Part shown: positions 47,546-63,194 of the stretch, piece after piece
Layout: every line of letters begins with the position of its first letter
Numbering within the stretch: position 1 is the stretch's first letter
NCBI GenBank assembly: GCA_000934665.2
Contig: JYFJ02000417.1
Span: 1-64,000 of the forward strand
Reading direction: 5' to 3'
Source of the DNA: Catajapyx aquilonaris
Lineage: Eukaryota
DNA: 64,000 nt
Translations under genes and position numbers: made by a program
Notes under the pieces: generated by a model
What the model saw: only the letters and a program-made list of their open reading frames with translations
The model's database searches: none
What the model was told of the DNA's origin: nothing

Positions 47546-49901
47546 TCCCTTTTCCTTGTGTATGAACCCTTAGAGATGGAAGGCTGCGGCGCTAGCCACT
47601 AGACAACCGTGTTGCCCGGATAATAAATTCCCAACTGGAACTGATAATCCTATCCGTTAAAAAATGCCTTTCTTTCTTTAAAAAAGTACTGGATGAGCCT
47701 GTACAAATTACTGTATTAATTACATAAAGTCCCGCCCTCTGAAATCCAGGCAGTTCAAAAATTCGTGTGACGATCTGGACAGTCTTCACAAGTCTTTGCT
47801 TCTTCACGCAGAAGTGAGCCGGTTGTCTCGAGGAATTTTTTAGGTTCCAACGCCCACAACAGGCTATTTAAACGTTCTACATAACCACGATTTTTGAGGT
47901 CCTTGTGTTAGGATGGATATTTCAGGTCCAGTGTTCTGCCGACAGAATAAACAAATTCTATAAAAATTTAGAAATGTTTTCTCTCCTCATTAGGCATTAT
48001 GTCAGATGCCACTTTGAAAATCGCCTTCCAGTTTTGCTCATAATTTTGGCTAAATTGAAAAGCCCACTGGCCAATTTTTAAAAATTCCCCATTGTGCCAA
48101 CTAGCATATTATTGCAATAAGTATGCAGCGATTTGAAGCCGCCAGACTGTAGTTTGAGACTGTGTACTTTGTTTGTGGGAAATGTTGCATGCCTCAGTAG
48201 GCAAGTTGTAATGGTGTACTACAGGGTGTACATTCCTTACTGATATTTGGCTGGACATAATAATAAATTGCGCTTGTGGGGAAAGGAGGCCCACCTGGTG
48301 CGTACTTACAAGTCGTTATACAAATTAAATGAAACCAGGTCATTATTTTACATTGTTGTTTGTCCGTATTGTTGAAGTGGGATTGAAGTGGGTGATTTTA
48401 TTTCTTGTCCCTTCAATACTATAAAATAATATTTTGAAGAGGCTTGTGTCCACATCTGTCTACATTCTCTCTGAATAAATTAAAGATAATTTTCTGTTCA
48501 CACCATCTATTTATTTTTATTTTGTATAATGCGTAAGTAAGACCTCTGGGTTACATTTACCCTGATGATGTAGCTCTTACGTGGCCCTGTCTTGTTTTAA
48601 GTAATTTCTATCCGTCACCTGTCTCTTACTTTCTTTTTTTAATTCCGTAGGAAGTGTTTTTGGGATACAGTTGTTGCAATAAGTACGCAGCGATTTGAAG
48701 CTGCCGGACTCTATAGTTTGAGACTGTGTACTTTTCTTGTGGTAAATGTTGCATGCCTCATCAGTAGGCAAGTTGTAATGGTGTACAACCCTGACTTATT
48801 TGGCTGGACATCATAAGTTGCGCTTGTGGGGAAAGGAGGCCCACCTGATATGTACTACTTCCAAGTCGATATGTAAATAAAATAAAATGAGTTCATTATT
48901 TTACATTGTTGTGTGTCCGCATTGTTGAAGTGGGCGTCCGCCTTTGGTTTTATGTGTGTTTTTTTTTAAAGTATAGTTGCCTATGAGATATCGACCTGTC
49001 ATAAGTACTACCTGCAAAGTATATTATTGTTACAGTACTAGAGCAGCGCAACCCCACATTCGTCTTTTCTAATAGGTGAAAATACTGCCCCCACCTTCAT
49101 GCCAAAGACAAGTACGTGCAGAACTGCTGCTTTGTGAAAATGAGACGGTATTGACAGGTCCAATTTCCAATGACTTGCATTGGGGCAATTTGAGTTTCCA
49201 TCCGAATTGAAGCTGAATAGTAATCGAAAAACAATTCGTGCTTTTGCTATAAGATGAAATATGGAATAACTGGAAGAAGAAAACATAATCCAAAAATGCA
49301 CTTGCGTGCCGAGGGTGGTTAAGAGTGGTTGGTACGCCACTTCAATCTCCACCAGTAATTTTGTACTCTTCTCAGGTTTCTTGTACCCCTTACGTACACG
49401 GGTAATGAATTACCAACTGGAGCTGATGAACCAGCATAAAAGCATGCTGAAGAACGCTATTGTTTGCTTGCAGCATAACCAGCTGCTTGGTGGAGAGGCC
49501 AAGGTCCAGAAGGATGCCAGCACAGGCTGGTCACCTGGAAGAGGTCACCAGAACACGGTTCAACAAGGCCCACCATTTCGAAATCCGAAAATCGCGCGCC
49601 TTATCAGCAGGGGTGCCAACACGTCCGTGAATAATAATTATTATGCTTGATTAATTTTTTAAAGCATTCTTCTGCCATTTTAATTTCCTACTCCAACAGG
49701 CTGCAGTGTCCATGTCAAGGGGTGTCCACTCTTGCTGTCCCCTTTTGTCCGATGCTCGCTTGTTTTGCCTATTTTTTTTTTTTTTTTTGTAGCGTCTGGA
49801 CAAAGAAGATTCTGAGCACGTGTCGTCGCTTCTTCTTCTTCTTCTTCGGTTCTTCTGGGCTTCAAACCTTTGTCTGCAAGGGTTCCTGTTGGTGAGGAGA
49901 G

Positions 49902-51218
49902 ATGAGCAGCATGCCGAAGAGGACGAGGTGGATGCTGCGGGACGAGGTGGACCAGAAGGAAAAGGTCTGGTCTGACACACTCGCATCATGATGCTTGTAA
50001 GAATAGGCTTCAATGACTTCGTTCCATGTGTTCCAGGCCAATGGTCGCTTGCCAGACGAGCTTCTCCTCAGGATCTTCTCCCACCTGGGCCAACAGGACC
50101 TTCTGCTGGGGGCCGCCCTGGTGTGCAAGGACTGGGCCAGGGTGGCCACGGACCCTGCGCTGTGGACGGAGGTGGAGCTGCGCGGGTCAAGGATGACCAT
50201 GGGGAGGGCCAAGGAACTCATCCGGCACATGACACGACTGAGGAAGGTGCAGCTGGTCGGTTGGATGGGTCCTCGTCCTAATGTGGATGGACTGCTTCAC
50301 GTCATTGCATTATCACATCCCAAGTTGGAAGTGCTGGAACTCTATCATTGCGAGTTTCTCTCCTTGGATTGTCTGGAGAAGGTGGCCTCCAGGTGAGTAG
50401 GATCGTAATGTACCAACTACGATAACATGTGATCAGAAATAATAACATCGACACATGCTAATGCTTCTCTCCTTTTCCATGTTTTGAACAGCTGCACTGA
50501 CATTAAGGAGCTGGTGTTGAAGATGGGCTGTGCGCCCCAACCGAGTCATCACCACGTATTAGATGTGTTTGCCCACAGTTCCAAACTGGAGAAGATCACT
50601 CTGGACAAAAACAAATTCTCACATTGTCATCTGGACACAACCATGGAAAGGGATTGGCCTCAACTAAGGGAAGTCAACCTCCAGTTGTTAACCAGAGGTG
50701 ACAGAGAGTTGGAGGTGGTGTGCAGAAGTGCTGGAGGATCTCTTCGGAAGCTTAGGATTCATGCCTTCATTGGACCTGAGGCCCTGCTGCATCTGAACCA
50801 GTGCACTCTGTTGGAAGACTTGAGTCTGTATATAATGAATGTGAGTCATCTGCAAGAGGCCATTGGGAGCCTGAGGAACCTCAGCCGGCTTGAACTGAAT
50901 GTATTGGGAATAGATGTGGTCTGGGAATCTTTCTTCTCCATGCAGGAAGTATTTCAGAAACTTGAGAGGATTGACTTGAAGGGATCTCACAATATAAGTG
51001 ATGCCACCCTCTCTTTGATTGCCACAAACTGCCCAGAACTGACCAGCATTTGCTTTGTCAATTGCAAGATAACCAAGGATGGGCTGGAATATCTTCTCAC
51101 CCGAGCCAACAAACTCAAGTCTCTGGAAGTCTATTTTGACTACTATACAAAACTTGACCCCGGAGATGTGAAAGAATTGGGCACCCGTTTCCCACAGGTA
51201 GATGTCGCGGCACTCTAA
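49902..51218 (+). CDS. F-box/LRR protein, paralogue 2. Exons 49902-49964, 50037-50392, 50492-51218
   Basis: Same exon structure and F-box/LRR motifs as paralogue 1; frame is open. Confidence 0.88.
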
Positions 51219-52321
51219 TGGGGGGGGCATAGCATGTCGTGTGGGCGCATATTAGCCTGACATTTCCCCCGTTTGATATTTTCTGAATTTTTATTGTTAG
51301 CTGGTGAAGGGAGTGTTTGGCATATGCCACTGCCATTTCCACCAGTAATTCTGCACTGTTCTCAGGTTTCTTGTACTCCTTTTGTACCATACGGGTAATA
51401 AATTGCCAATTGAAGCACACTTGCTCCCCCGAGATGGTGTCTTCCTGCCTGCTTGGCGTAAAAGCATGACGAGGAACTTTTGCTTGCAGAATAACCCTGC
51501 AAGGTAGAGAGGCCGAGAGATGCATTGGAGGGGAGGGTCCTCCGCTGCTGAGGAGGTCACCAGAAATCAGCCTGCATTACATTAGGACCGTTCACAATTT
51601 TTAAAATCCAAAAGGTTATGAGCTCATCTGGTGATCGGCTTAGATGGTGGTTGTGTATCGTTTGCAAAGTTTGTTTTAGATGAGCCCACAGTGTCTCGCA
51701 CTTCATCGGTTCCCATCTATTTATGTGTGTCATACGCCTGGATTTTTCTTCAGTCAATAATCAATGAGGAAAATGGCAAGGTCATGTTGACACCATCATC
51801 AGGATATAGCTAGCAATAAATCACTCGTCCTGACTGAGATGCTCAATTATTATTAGTCATACCTCCGACCACATTTACCATCTAGGTAAAAACCTTGAAA
51901 TAATAATCCTAGGAATCATCATGAACAAACGACTAGGTCACGAAAACGTAGGGAAAAGTCTGTAAGGCACGTGTACGAGTATTGAAACTTTGTTAAGCTG
52001 AATATAGTGCTTCAACCAATAATTATTATTATAGGAAAATATTTTATCAACACACTTTTCCCTTTCTAAAATATCAGACTAAATTGGTGAATCTTTGAAC
52101 AATTAGACCTTTTTACGTCAACTTGATTGAGAACATCTTTGCTACCACGTACATTTGAATCACTTGATGGTTGCCAATGAAAATAAGTGCATCCTAACAT
52201 GTTTTAATTAAATTAATTCATTGTGTACGGGTTTTTTTGTTGTTGTTTTTTTGGCAAGGGCAGCTAGTTAGCCTGCATTTAATTAGGAGGTCGACCAGAA
52301 CTTGATGCGGCAATAAGTGTT

Positions 52322-52790
52322 TCACATCCTTCCAGGCTGGACTATAGCCCTCAATTGATCCAGGTTTCCAGACCCAAAGTGCAAGCGCACCTTCTTCAGC
52401 TGCTCTGCATGGTGGTGGTTGGACGCCAGTTCCAAAAGGGCCAGCAGCAGCAGGTTGTCCAGACGGCAGCAGAGGACACCGGACAGATATCTCTCACACA
52501 TCTCTTTCAGACGAGACAGATCGTATAGACATATCTGCTGCGACCAACAACTCATGCGCCATGTCCGGCTCCCTGTCGGTGTAAATGTACCTCACTCATA
52601 TTATTATTAGCCAGACATTTTCCAGTTGGATAATCTCTCTGAGCTTCTTTTGTGAGCTGCTGAAGAGTGTTTGGGACATAACTGCCATTCCGACCAGTAA
52701 TTTTGTATTGTTCTCAGGTTTTCCAGGGATTACTGGGTTTTCGTACTCCTTTTGTATACGGGTAATAAATTGCCAATTGAAGCGCACAGC
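52322..52790 (-). pseudogene. Degenerate BTB/POZ (plus BACK-like) domain gene fragment
   Basis: RYIYTDREPDMAHELLVAADM, then frameshifted LYDLSRLKEMCERYLS..LDNLLLLALLELA..HAEQLKK. Confidence 0.72.
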
Positions 52791-55042
52791 TGCACATGCT
52801 CCTCCGAGATGGTGTCTTCCTGCCTGCTTGGCGTAAAAGCATGTGATGAGTAACTTTTTGCTTGCAGAATATGCTTGCCTCTATGGAGAGGTCAAGGATC
52901 CACCACTAGTAGGTCACCTTAGGAGGTCACCAGAAATGAGCCTGCATGCTTCTCAATTGCGGCTGCGAACCAGTCATGTACTGCAGATGCGATTTTTTTT
53001 GGACGAATTTTTATGTCAATTGCGTTGCAGCCGTATTTTGCGTGCCAATTTAGTCGCTTACCGTTACCTAACTCCATGGCTCTGGGTGCCAAACTGTTGC
53101 GAATAATGTCACTTGAGGCCGAGTACCTGTCATGCTGTCATTGTACATAGACGATGGGTGTGGTACAAATTTAACAATTCGCAAAGATGTTTACCAGCGA
53201 AATTAATCTGTTGCGAATTGTATGCAGCGATTTGAAGCTGCCAGAGTGTAGTTTGAGACTGTGTACTTTGTTTGTGGGAAATGTTGCATGCTGCTTAGGA
53301 GGAAAGTTGTAATGGTGTACATTCCTGACTTATTTGGCTGGACATAATAATAAATTGCGCTTGTGGGGAAAGGAGCTGCTGGTGTGTACTTCCAAGTCGT
53401 TATACAAATTAAATGAAACCAGATCATTATTTTACCAGATTTTATACTTTGTTGTTTGTCCACATTGTTGAAGTGGGCGTCCGTCTTTGGTATATTTCAA
53501 TAGTCTTGCCTTCAAAGAAGCTCGACATAACGTAAGCCTAGGTATATTTAGATTATTTGTCCAGGACATATCTACGTCTGGTCAATAGGTTTTGACAGAT
53601 AGTCCAGTACATCCACAACAAGAGCGGTTGTTTGTGAGGGCCGTGGAGGACAAACCTGTTCATTATTATTTGTCCAATACTGTAAGCATGTCGTGTGCTT
53701 GGATGCTACAGGTTCATGGATTATTATTATTTATTCAGTCAATAATAAATGATGTTATTAGGACAATAACATGGTGTTCACACCATAATCAACATAGCTA
53801 ACAATAAATAACTTGACTGAGACGCTCAATTATTATTGGCCATAACCACATTAATCATAGGTCTGGGGAGAAAACCTTGAAATAATAATCCTAGAAAACA
53901 TCAGTAACGAGCAAACGACTAGGTCAGGATAAAAGTAGGGGAAAGTCTGTAAGACACGTACGAGTATTTAAACTTTGTAAGCTGAATATTGCTTCAAAAA
54001 ATTAATTTATTACAAGAAAATGTTTTATCAGCATCCCTTTCGGAAAAATCCAACAAACTGTGGTCTCTTTGAACAGTTTGCATCAACCTTTATTGAGCAC
54101 ATCTTTGATGCCACATTTAGAATCGCTTTAGCAATGAAAACAAGTGCATCAATTATAACCCATGTTTTAACCCAATTAATTCTTCTTTTATGGCAGCGGT
54201 GGCTTACTTTTAGTCTGCACTTCTAGCAGTTCGACCAAAACGTTATGCCGACCGTTATGCCTGGCCATCTTTGCTGGCTCGTTCTCTTTTTTGATGCACT
54301 AAGGGGCACCCTCATGCAGATGTGTACATGGACCATGGACCTCATGCAGGGTGACTTTATTATCGTCTCTTTATTTGCCCCCTTGAAATAAAGGTCTTGT
54401 GGTACGTAAAAACGGAGCCCTAAAGTAACAGAGGAAAGCCGCAGAAGAGAAACCATTTAAATTTCGGGAAGTACCACGATTTCAGCAAATTCCTCTCTGG
54501 CACAGCTCTCATCAAGGTCGACATTCCGTGTACTTTAACGTCGGTTATTTTCATAATTAAATCAGACTAACCGTTGGATATATATGGTAGCGCTCGAATT
54601 TCGCTTTTTTTAAAAAATACGATCTCTCTGAAAATCATTTGAGGGACTTAGGACGAGGAGCCAGCACAGGAGGATGGTCACCACCAGAAATAATGAGCCA
54701 GGACCGTTTGCAGTTTAAAAGTTCGAAAATCCCGCGCCTTGTGAGCAGGAGTGCCAACCAGCCGACGAATAATTCTGTTTGTGATTAATATATTTTTAAA
54801 AAGAAAAACATTCCACTTTGAGCTGGACTAATAAGTTGGCTGGACTGTCCGAAGCAAGGAATGGTGTCCACTCTTGTTGTCCGCTTCGTCCAGATTATTC
54901 CGCTGCTCGCTTGTTTCTCCTCTCTCTTTTGTTTGTGGCGTCTGGACAAAGAAGATTCTGAGCACGTGTCGTCGCTTCTTCTTCTTCTTCGGTTCTTCTG
55001 GGGTTCACTTTCATCTGCAAGGGTTCCTGTTGGTGAGGAGAG

Positions 55043-56413
55043 ATGAGCAGCATGCCGAAGAGGACGAGGCGGATGCTGCGGGATGAGGTGGACCAGAAGG
55101 AAAAGGTTTGGTCCACCGCACTCATCATCATGATGGTGCTTCGAATGGGCTTCATTGTTTCCATATGTTCCAGGCCAATGGTCGCTTGCCAGACGAGCTT
55201 CTCCTCAGGATCTTCTCCCACCTGGGCCAACGGGACCGTCTGAGGAGGGCCGCCCTGGTGTGCAAGGACTGGGCCAGGGTGGCCATGGACCCTACGCTGT
55301 GGACGGAGGTGGAGCTGCATGGGTACTGGCACGTGACCATGGAGAGGGCCAAGGAACTCATCCGGCACATGACCAGGCTAAGGAAGGTGCGGCTGGTTGG
55401 TTGGCAGCGCCCTTATATGAGTGTGATACGTGGGAGGGTCATCCCGACGTCCATGCGGGTGAACTGCTACGTGTCATTGCTGGATCACATCCCAAGTTGG
55501 AAGTGCTGGAACTTCGTCGTTGCGAGATTCTCTGCATGGATTATCTGGAGATGGTGGCCTCCAGGTGAGTAGCATCGTAATGTTCCAACTGCAATTAAAT
55601 GTGCTCAGAAATAACGTCAACACATATGCTAACACATATTTCCTTTTGCATGTTTTGAACAGCTGCACAGATGTTAAGGAGCTGGTGGTGAAGCAGGTCA
55701 CTGTGCGCAAACTGAGGAGTCATCACCACATATTTGACGTGTTTGCCCGCAGTTCAAAACTGGAGAAGATCACTCTGGAGGATATCTCTCATCTGGATGA
55801 GAATAATGTATGGTCATATTGTCATCCGGACAGATCTTTCAGAAGGGCGGATTGGCCTCAACTAAGGGAAGTTGACTTCATGTGCCGCAATTTTGAAAAA
55901 GAGTTGGAGGTGGTGTGCAGAAGTGCTGCAGGATCTCTTCGGAAGCTTAGGGTTAATTCCTACATTAGACGTGAGGCCCTGCTGCATCTGAACCAGTGCA
56001 CTCTGTTGGAAGACTTGAGTCTCTCGGTAAAAAATATAGATCATCTGAAGGAGGGCATTGGAAGCCTGAGGAACCTCCGCCAGCTTGATCTGGATGTATT
56101 GGGATTAGACACGGTCTGGGACTCGTTCTTCTCTATGCAGGAAGTATTTCAGAAACTAGAGAGGATTGACTTGAGCAGATCTAGCAATGTATGTGACGCC
56201 ACCCTCTCGTTGATTGCCAGAAACTGCCCTGAACTGACCAGCGTTCGCGTGGTCAATGGACACATAACCAAGGATGGGCTGGAATATCTTCTCACCCGAT
56301 CCCACAAACTCAAGTCTCTGGAAGTGAATTTTCAATACCATACAGAACTTGACCGCGGAGATCTGAAAGAATTGGGCACCCGTTTCCCACAGGTAGATGT
56401 CGTGGCACTGTAA
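55043..56413 (+). pseudogene. F-box/LRR paralogue 3 with apparent frameshift in exon 2. Exons 55043-55105, 55174-55564, 55663-56413
   Basis: F-box frame (..VRLVGWQRP) and the conserved ELLRVIAGSHPKLEVLEL..VASR lie in different frames; shift falls within ~55410-55450. Confidence 0.7.
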
Positions 56414-57323
56414 TGGGTCCGGTGGACCCAGATTAGCCTGACATTTTCCCCGTTTGATATTTTCTGAATTTTTAATGTCAGCTGGTGAAGAGAGTGTATG
56501 CCACAGCCATTTCCACCAGTAATTCTGCACTGTTCTCAGGTTTCTTGTACTCCTTTTGTACCATACGGGTAATAAATTGCCAATTGAAGCGCACTTGCTC
56601 GGATGGTGTCTTCCTGCCTGCTTGGCGTAACAGCATGACGAGGAACTACTCTTGCTTTCAGAATATAACCCTGCTAGGTGGAGAGGCCAAGAGAGATGCA
56701 TTCAAGACGGGAAGGTCCTCCGCTGCTGAGGAGGTCACCACAGGTAGAGGTCACCAGGAATCAGCCTGCATCACAGTTCACCATTTTTAAAATCCAAAAC
56801 TTGCGCGCCTTGTCAGCAGGGGTGCCAACGGCAATCTGTATAATGATATTTTTTTAGAATAATTATATTTCTTAAAAACAAATTACATCTACGTAGCATT
56901 CCACAATTAATTTTGACAACAACGTCTTGTTGTTTCGTTGATTTTAAAATCCGCAACCTCGCAGGTGACGCAGCGTTGCCAGATTGGAATCCTCAACCGC
57001 GTTGTTGCCAGCGTGTGTACACGTTCAGGTAATTAATTAAAAATATAAGTACGCAATTATCACGCAATTTGAACTCAGGATAAGTACACAGGTCATGTCA
57101 AGGACATTGGGCAAGAACATTACACGCACTGTGCGGTATTGTGTGTTGAACAAGGTATTGAAGCAACAGGTCTTCTTGTCTCTATATATAAGGGAAAGCT
57201 CGTTCGTTCGTTTGATGGCCGTTCGTTCCATTGCAACTGGTTGCCATGACTAACTGTGCTGCGGTTGATCCTTTGATAGCCTGTCTTTTCCAGAGGTTGT
57301 TGTGAGGTGAGGCTGCAAGCAGG

Positions 57324-59510
<2,187 letters not shown>

Positions 59511-60021
59511 TTCAGGTTAGTGCTGCCGATAAAAGATTGACACACCGGATTACGCAACGGTGCACTTTGACCACTCGAGAACGGAATTTTCCAACTGCAA
59601 CCATTTCATATTTTCCTAAGGGTTATTTAAAGTAAATATTATCCGGAAATTATCAGGCCGGCAATACCCCCATCTTATCACCACAGATTTTGTTTAATCA
59701 GGACAATCCATGGATAACGAGGGGGTTGGCAAATACAACCACGTGTTCGTACAAGTTTATTTCCAAACTGGTTCGCTATGTATAAAAAATAACAGCTCAC
59801 AAAAAAGGGGGAGGGGGTCAGCACCAACTTGTCCCTGCCGCAGGAATGCATCGAACGATAGCTGCATTTAACACAACTTATTTCCTGGAAAACCCTGGCT
59901 CATAACCTGTTTTAAACAAACCCAAGGTTTCCAGGGTAAAACATCCGCTGCTAATATCAGTCTTGCATTGTTGAGTCGTTTGGCACACATTTCGTATAAA
60001 AAAAAGACACTTGGTGAGAAC

Positions 60022-62726
60022 TTATTTCTTGGGTTTTGAGCAGCACCGCATTTCAGTGTCCTCCTGCTGGTACGCTCCGTTCTCCCTTCCGCCTGAGCAT
60101 GATATGTGCGGAGGGATGGGCGAAGGCGACTTTGACCTCCCCCTGGCCTCCATGCTTGTGTTTGCACTCCCGCTGGTGCTGCTGCTCGGACTTATGCTGC
60201 TGGAGAGCGTCCCGCCCTCGCTCGTCCCCGCAACGGCGGGCGAACCCTCTCTCTGCGACTGCTGGAGGCAGGCCATTCGTGCGAACGGCTTGGGCGACCG
60301 CAGGAACCCGAAGAGAAGGTAGCCCAACCCAGCGCCTGCGACGACAGCCACGGACATCCAGACGTTGAAGGTCATCACCACCAGCATCAGCAGGTAGGCC
60401 ACCACCGTCTGGATCAGATGAAGCGTGGCTTGCATCGCATGCAAGTAGATGCTGGAGGAAGATACGGAGCATTTGTTACTCACAACCGGTAATCAGGTCA
60501 CACGATAAGTGAAAGCATTGAAATCTCATTTGTTTCCGATAAACTAGTGTAAACTGTAGACAATCAATTTGTGGGGCGTATCTAAACTGTGCGAGTTCAT
60601 TTTTGGTACCGCAGCGCAATATTATTCCGCACACTTTCACGTTTCGTACCGGAGAGTGGGATGCGCTGATAGTTTAAACAAAGTTTGTATGTTTTATGAG
60701 GTGAAGGCAGAGTGTATTTTTGCTATTGTATCCAATATATTGGCTTCGGATATGACTGGTGTTTTCATGGGGCACATTTGGGAAATAATATCCGTCTGCA
60801 AACAGGATTTACAGCAGTGCAATACCATTAATCACATGCCAGTCGCTAACAGTACAAGGTCAAACATATGCCAGACGCACAGTCGGAACCTTCAGGATTA
60901 CGGCAGAGGATTGAAGGGTTTAGTGAAAATCCTTGAAAGCGCAAACATGCCAAGATTTTACAGGGACTGCACGACTCGAATGATATTTCATGCATTGTTA
61001 ATGACACGTTCTTGAGGCGCAACTGATGCGAAGTATTTTGCCTAATCTACCACCCTCTTAAAGGTGGAGTTGGAATGCATATGTTGACATTCACATTCCT
61101 CTGATAACTAGGAATGCGACGGTCCGACTGAATGCATCGGCGTGGATGCTAAAAATTAAAATCAACTAACTTCTGCTTCCTGACTTCGGGAAGCCTGTCC
61201 GGATGCCTCTTTGTGACATGGAAGGTCCTCTGCTCCACCTTTTCACGGAGATGCTCCCTCAGCACCCTCAGACCTTCAAGAAGAAGCGCAACAACGCCCA
61301 GTCCGACGCACAGGAACGACAACCCTGGAACAGCAATCATTTAATAATATGCACGTTTTAATTGAACGCGGAAGTCCTATTGAGACATGTCATTGGGCAG
61401 AGGTCAAGAGGGGAATAAAAGGGCTGCTGGGAGATTCAATGGATGCGGTTGGCGGGACGCCAACTGAAAGCACATGACGGCCACACACACAATATAGAGC
61501 GTCCCTATTGCCAGCAGATAAAAAGCTATCTGCTTTGCCTACTTCTGGGGTCATCTGCTGGGTCGAGGTCACATCAAATCCACTGCGCTTCACACATCCA
61601 ATAGTCTCGCATCCTCATTTACCGCATGTAATTGTTACAGTCGAAGGCCCTCCCACTTGAGAGCTGGTCGTACGATACTAAATTAGCCAATTAAAAGGTT
61701 GCCAACATTTATTCTCAAGCTGAAGGTCTTCAACTATTATTTGAATCAGCATAAGTGCAAATGTTACATATTCAACTATTACTTTTGCAAAAAATAGTGC
61801 ATCCTTTTTTTTTGTTGCCAATTTTTTTTTAAAAAGCATGCAACACGAAGCCGGAAGTAATTCGCAATTTTTTCGCATGTTCTGCAAGGTCATGCATCAT
61901 TGGACTTGGCTGGAGAGAGAAAGCGTCGCAAAAAAAAAAAAAACTGCAAAGCTGATCCATCAACCTCAAATTCTTTTTGTGCACGAATTTGCGAAATTGT
62001 CGCCGCGTAATTCGTCGATAAGGACGACGTCAACAGTTTCGCACAACATTCGCTGAAATCTGGCGAAACGTAATCTAGATTTAAAAAAGCAATGTTTTTC
62101 GCAACTTCAAGTATTTAAAAAAAACAACTGACATGTGCGATCAGTTGTAGTACACACTGTACGGAGTGCTTAAGAAATCGCAAATTGCTCGTGAATAGTT
62201 TAATAGCCCTGTGCTATATTTACGTGCGGTTAACCACCCTGCTGTAATCACACGCATTACAATCGGTCTAAGTACTGCGCAGAGTGCGCGAGGTCAGTGC
62301 AGACATTTCATGAACAAAAGAAATGAAAATAAACCACTAGTGAATGGTATTCACATATTGGTGAACTAAATTACAATACAATAACTTGGTTAATGAAAAG
62401 TAAGTATTTTTATTCAAACGTTGCCAGAGTGAACAATTCGCTCGCCTGCGCATATATTTTTTTGCGTGTATCTCTCTGCTGGTAATTAGCATAACCGGTT
62501 GGAAGGGAGAGAGAGTTTAATTGGAAATGAGTGTGTATAAGTGTACTTCCTGCACACCATTGTGGGACTTATTCTTACCCAGCACAGTGGTGATGTTGAA
62601 GCCTTCGAAGAGGAGGTTGGGGACTTTGAAGTCGACCCAGAAGTACTCGTGCATGCCGCCCATGTCCATCATCATCATCGTCATCCCTCCTCCTCTTCCA
62701 GTCTTGTTCATCTCCTGCTGGTCCAT
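60022..62726 (-). CDS. SLC31A1: Ctr/SLC31 copper transporter. Exons 62726-62579, 61324-61171, 60451-60022
   Basis: Met-rich N-terminus (GMTMMMMDMGGMH), LLFEGFNI, LLEGLR, YLLMLVVM (MxxxM), GAGLG (GxxxG); splice phases consistent. Confidence 0.92.
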
Positions 62727-63194
62727 TTGATGAGACGAGTCTTTTGCCAGGAGGAAACCCACCACCACCAGCAGCCTCGACCGAACCCTGCCGTTCGACT
62801 GATCCAATCTTGTTGGCTCCGGGGGGAAAATCCAAAAGGGACGAAGGTCGGGCTCTAAGAGAGGATCGACAGATGGCCCCACTGGCGCCGGCGCCTCTCT
62901 CTCTCTAGCTATAATGAATGGGGAGGAAAAAAAATTGCACGTGCCATAAAAAGGGGAAAACAACAAAAGTGCATAATACGTCACACTTCCGGTCACGTTT
63001 CGGGTGTGACAACATTGCCATCAAATCACCGCATCACGTGCCCCCAAAGCCTCATTAATAATAAACCCAAATGGTGCATGACTCACGATGACAATTGGGA
63101 GGATAAGTCATACACTTCGCGATTCTTATTGGCAGTCACTTATTTGCATTACATATGGAAAGTTACGAAAATCTATATACAGTTAGTCACGGAA

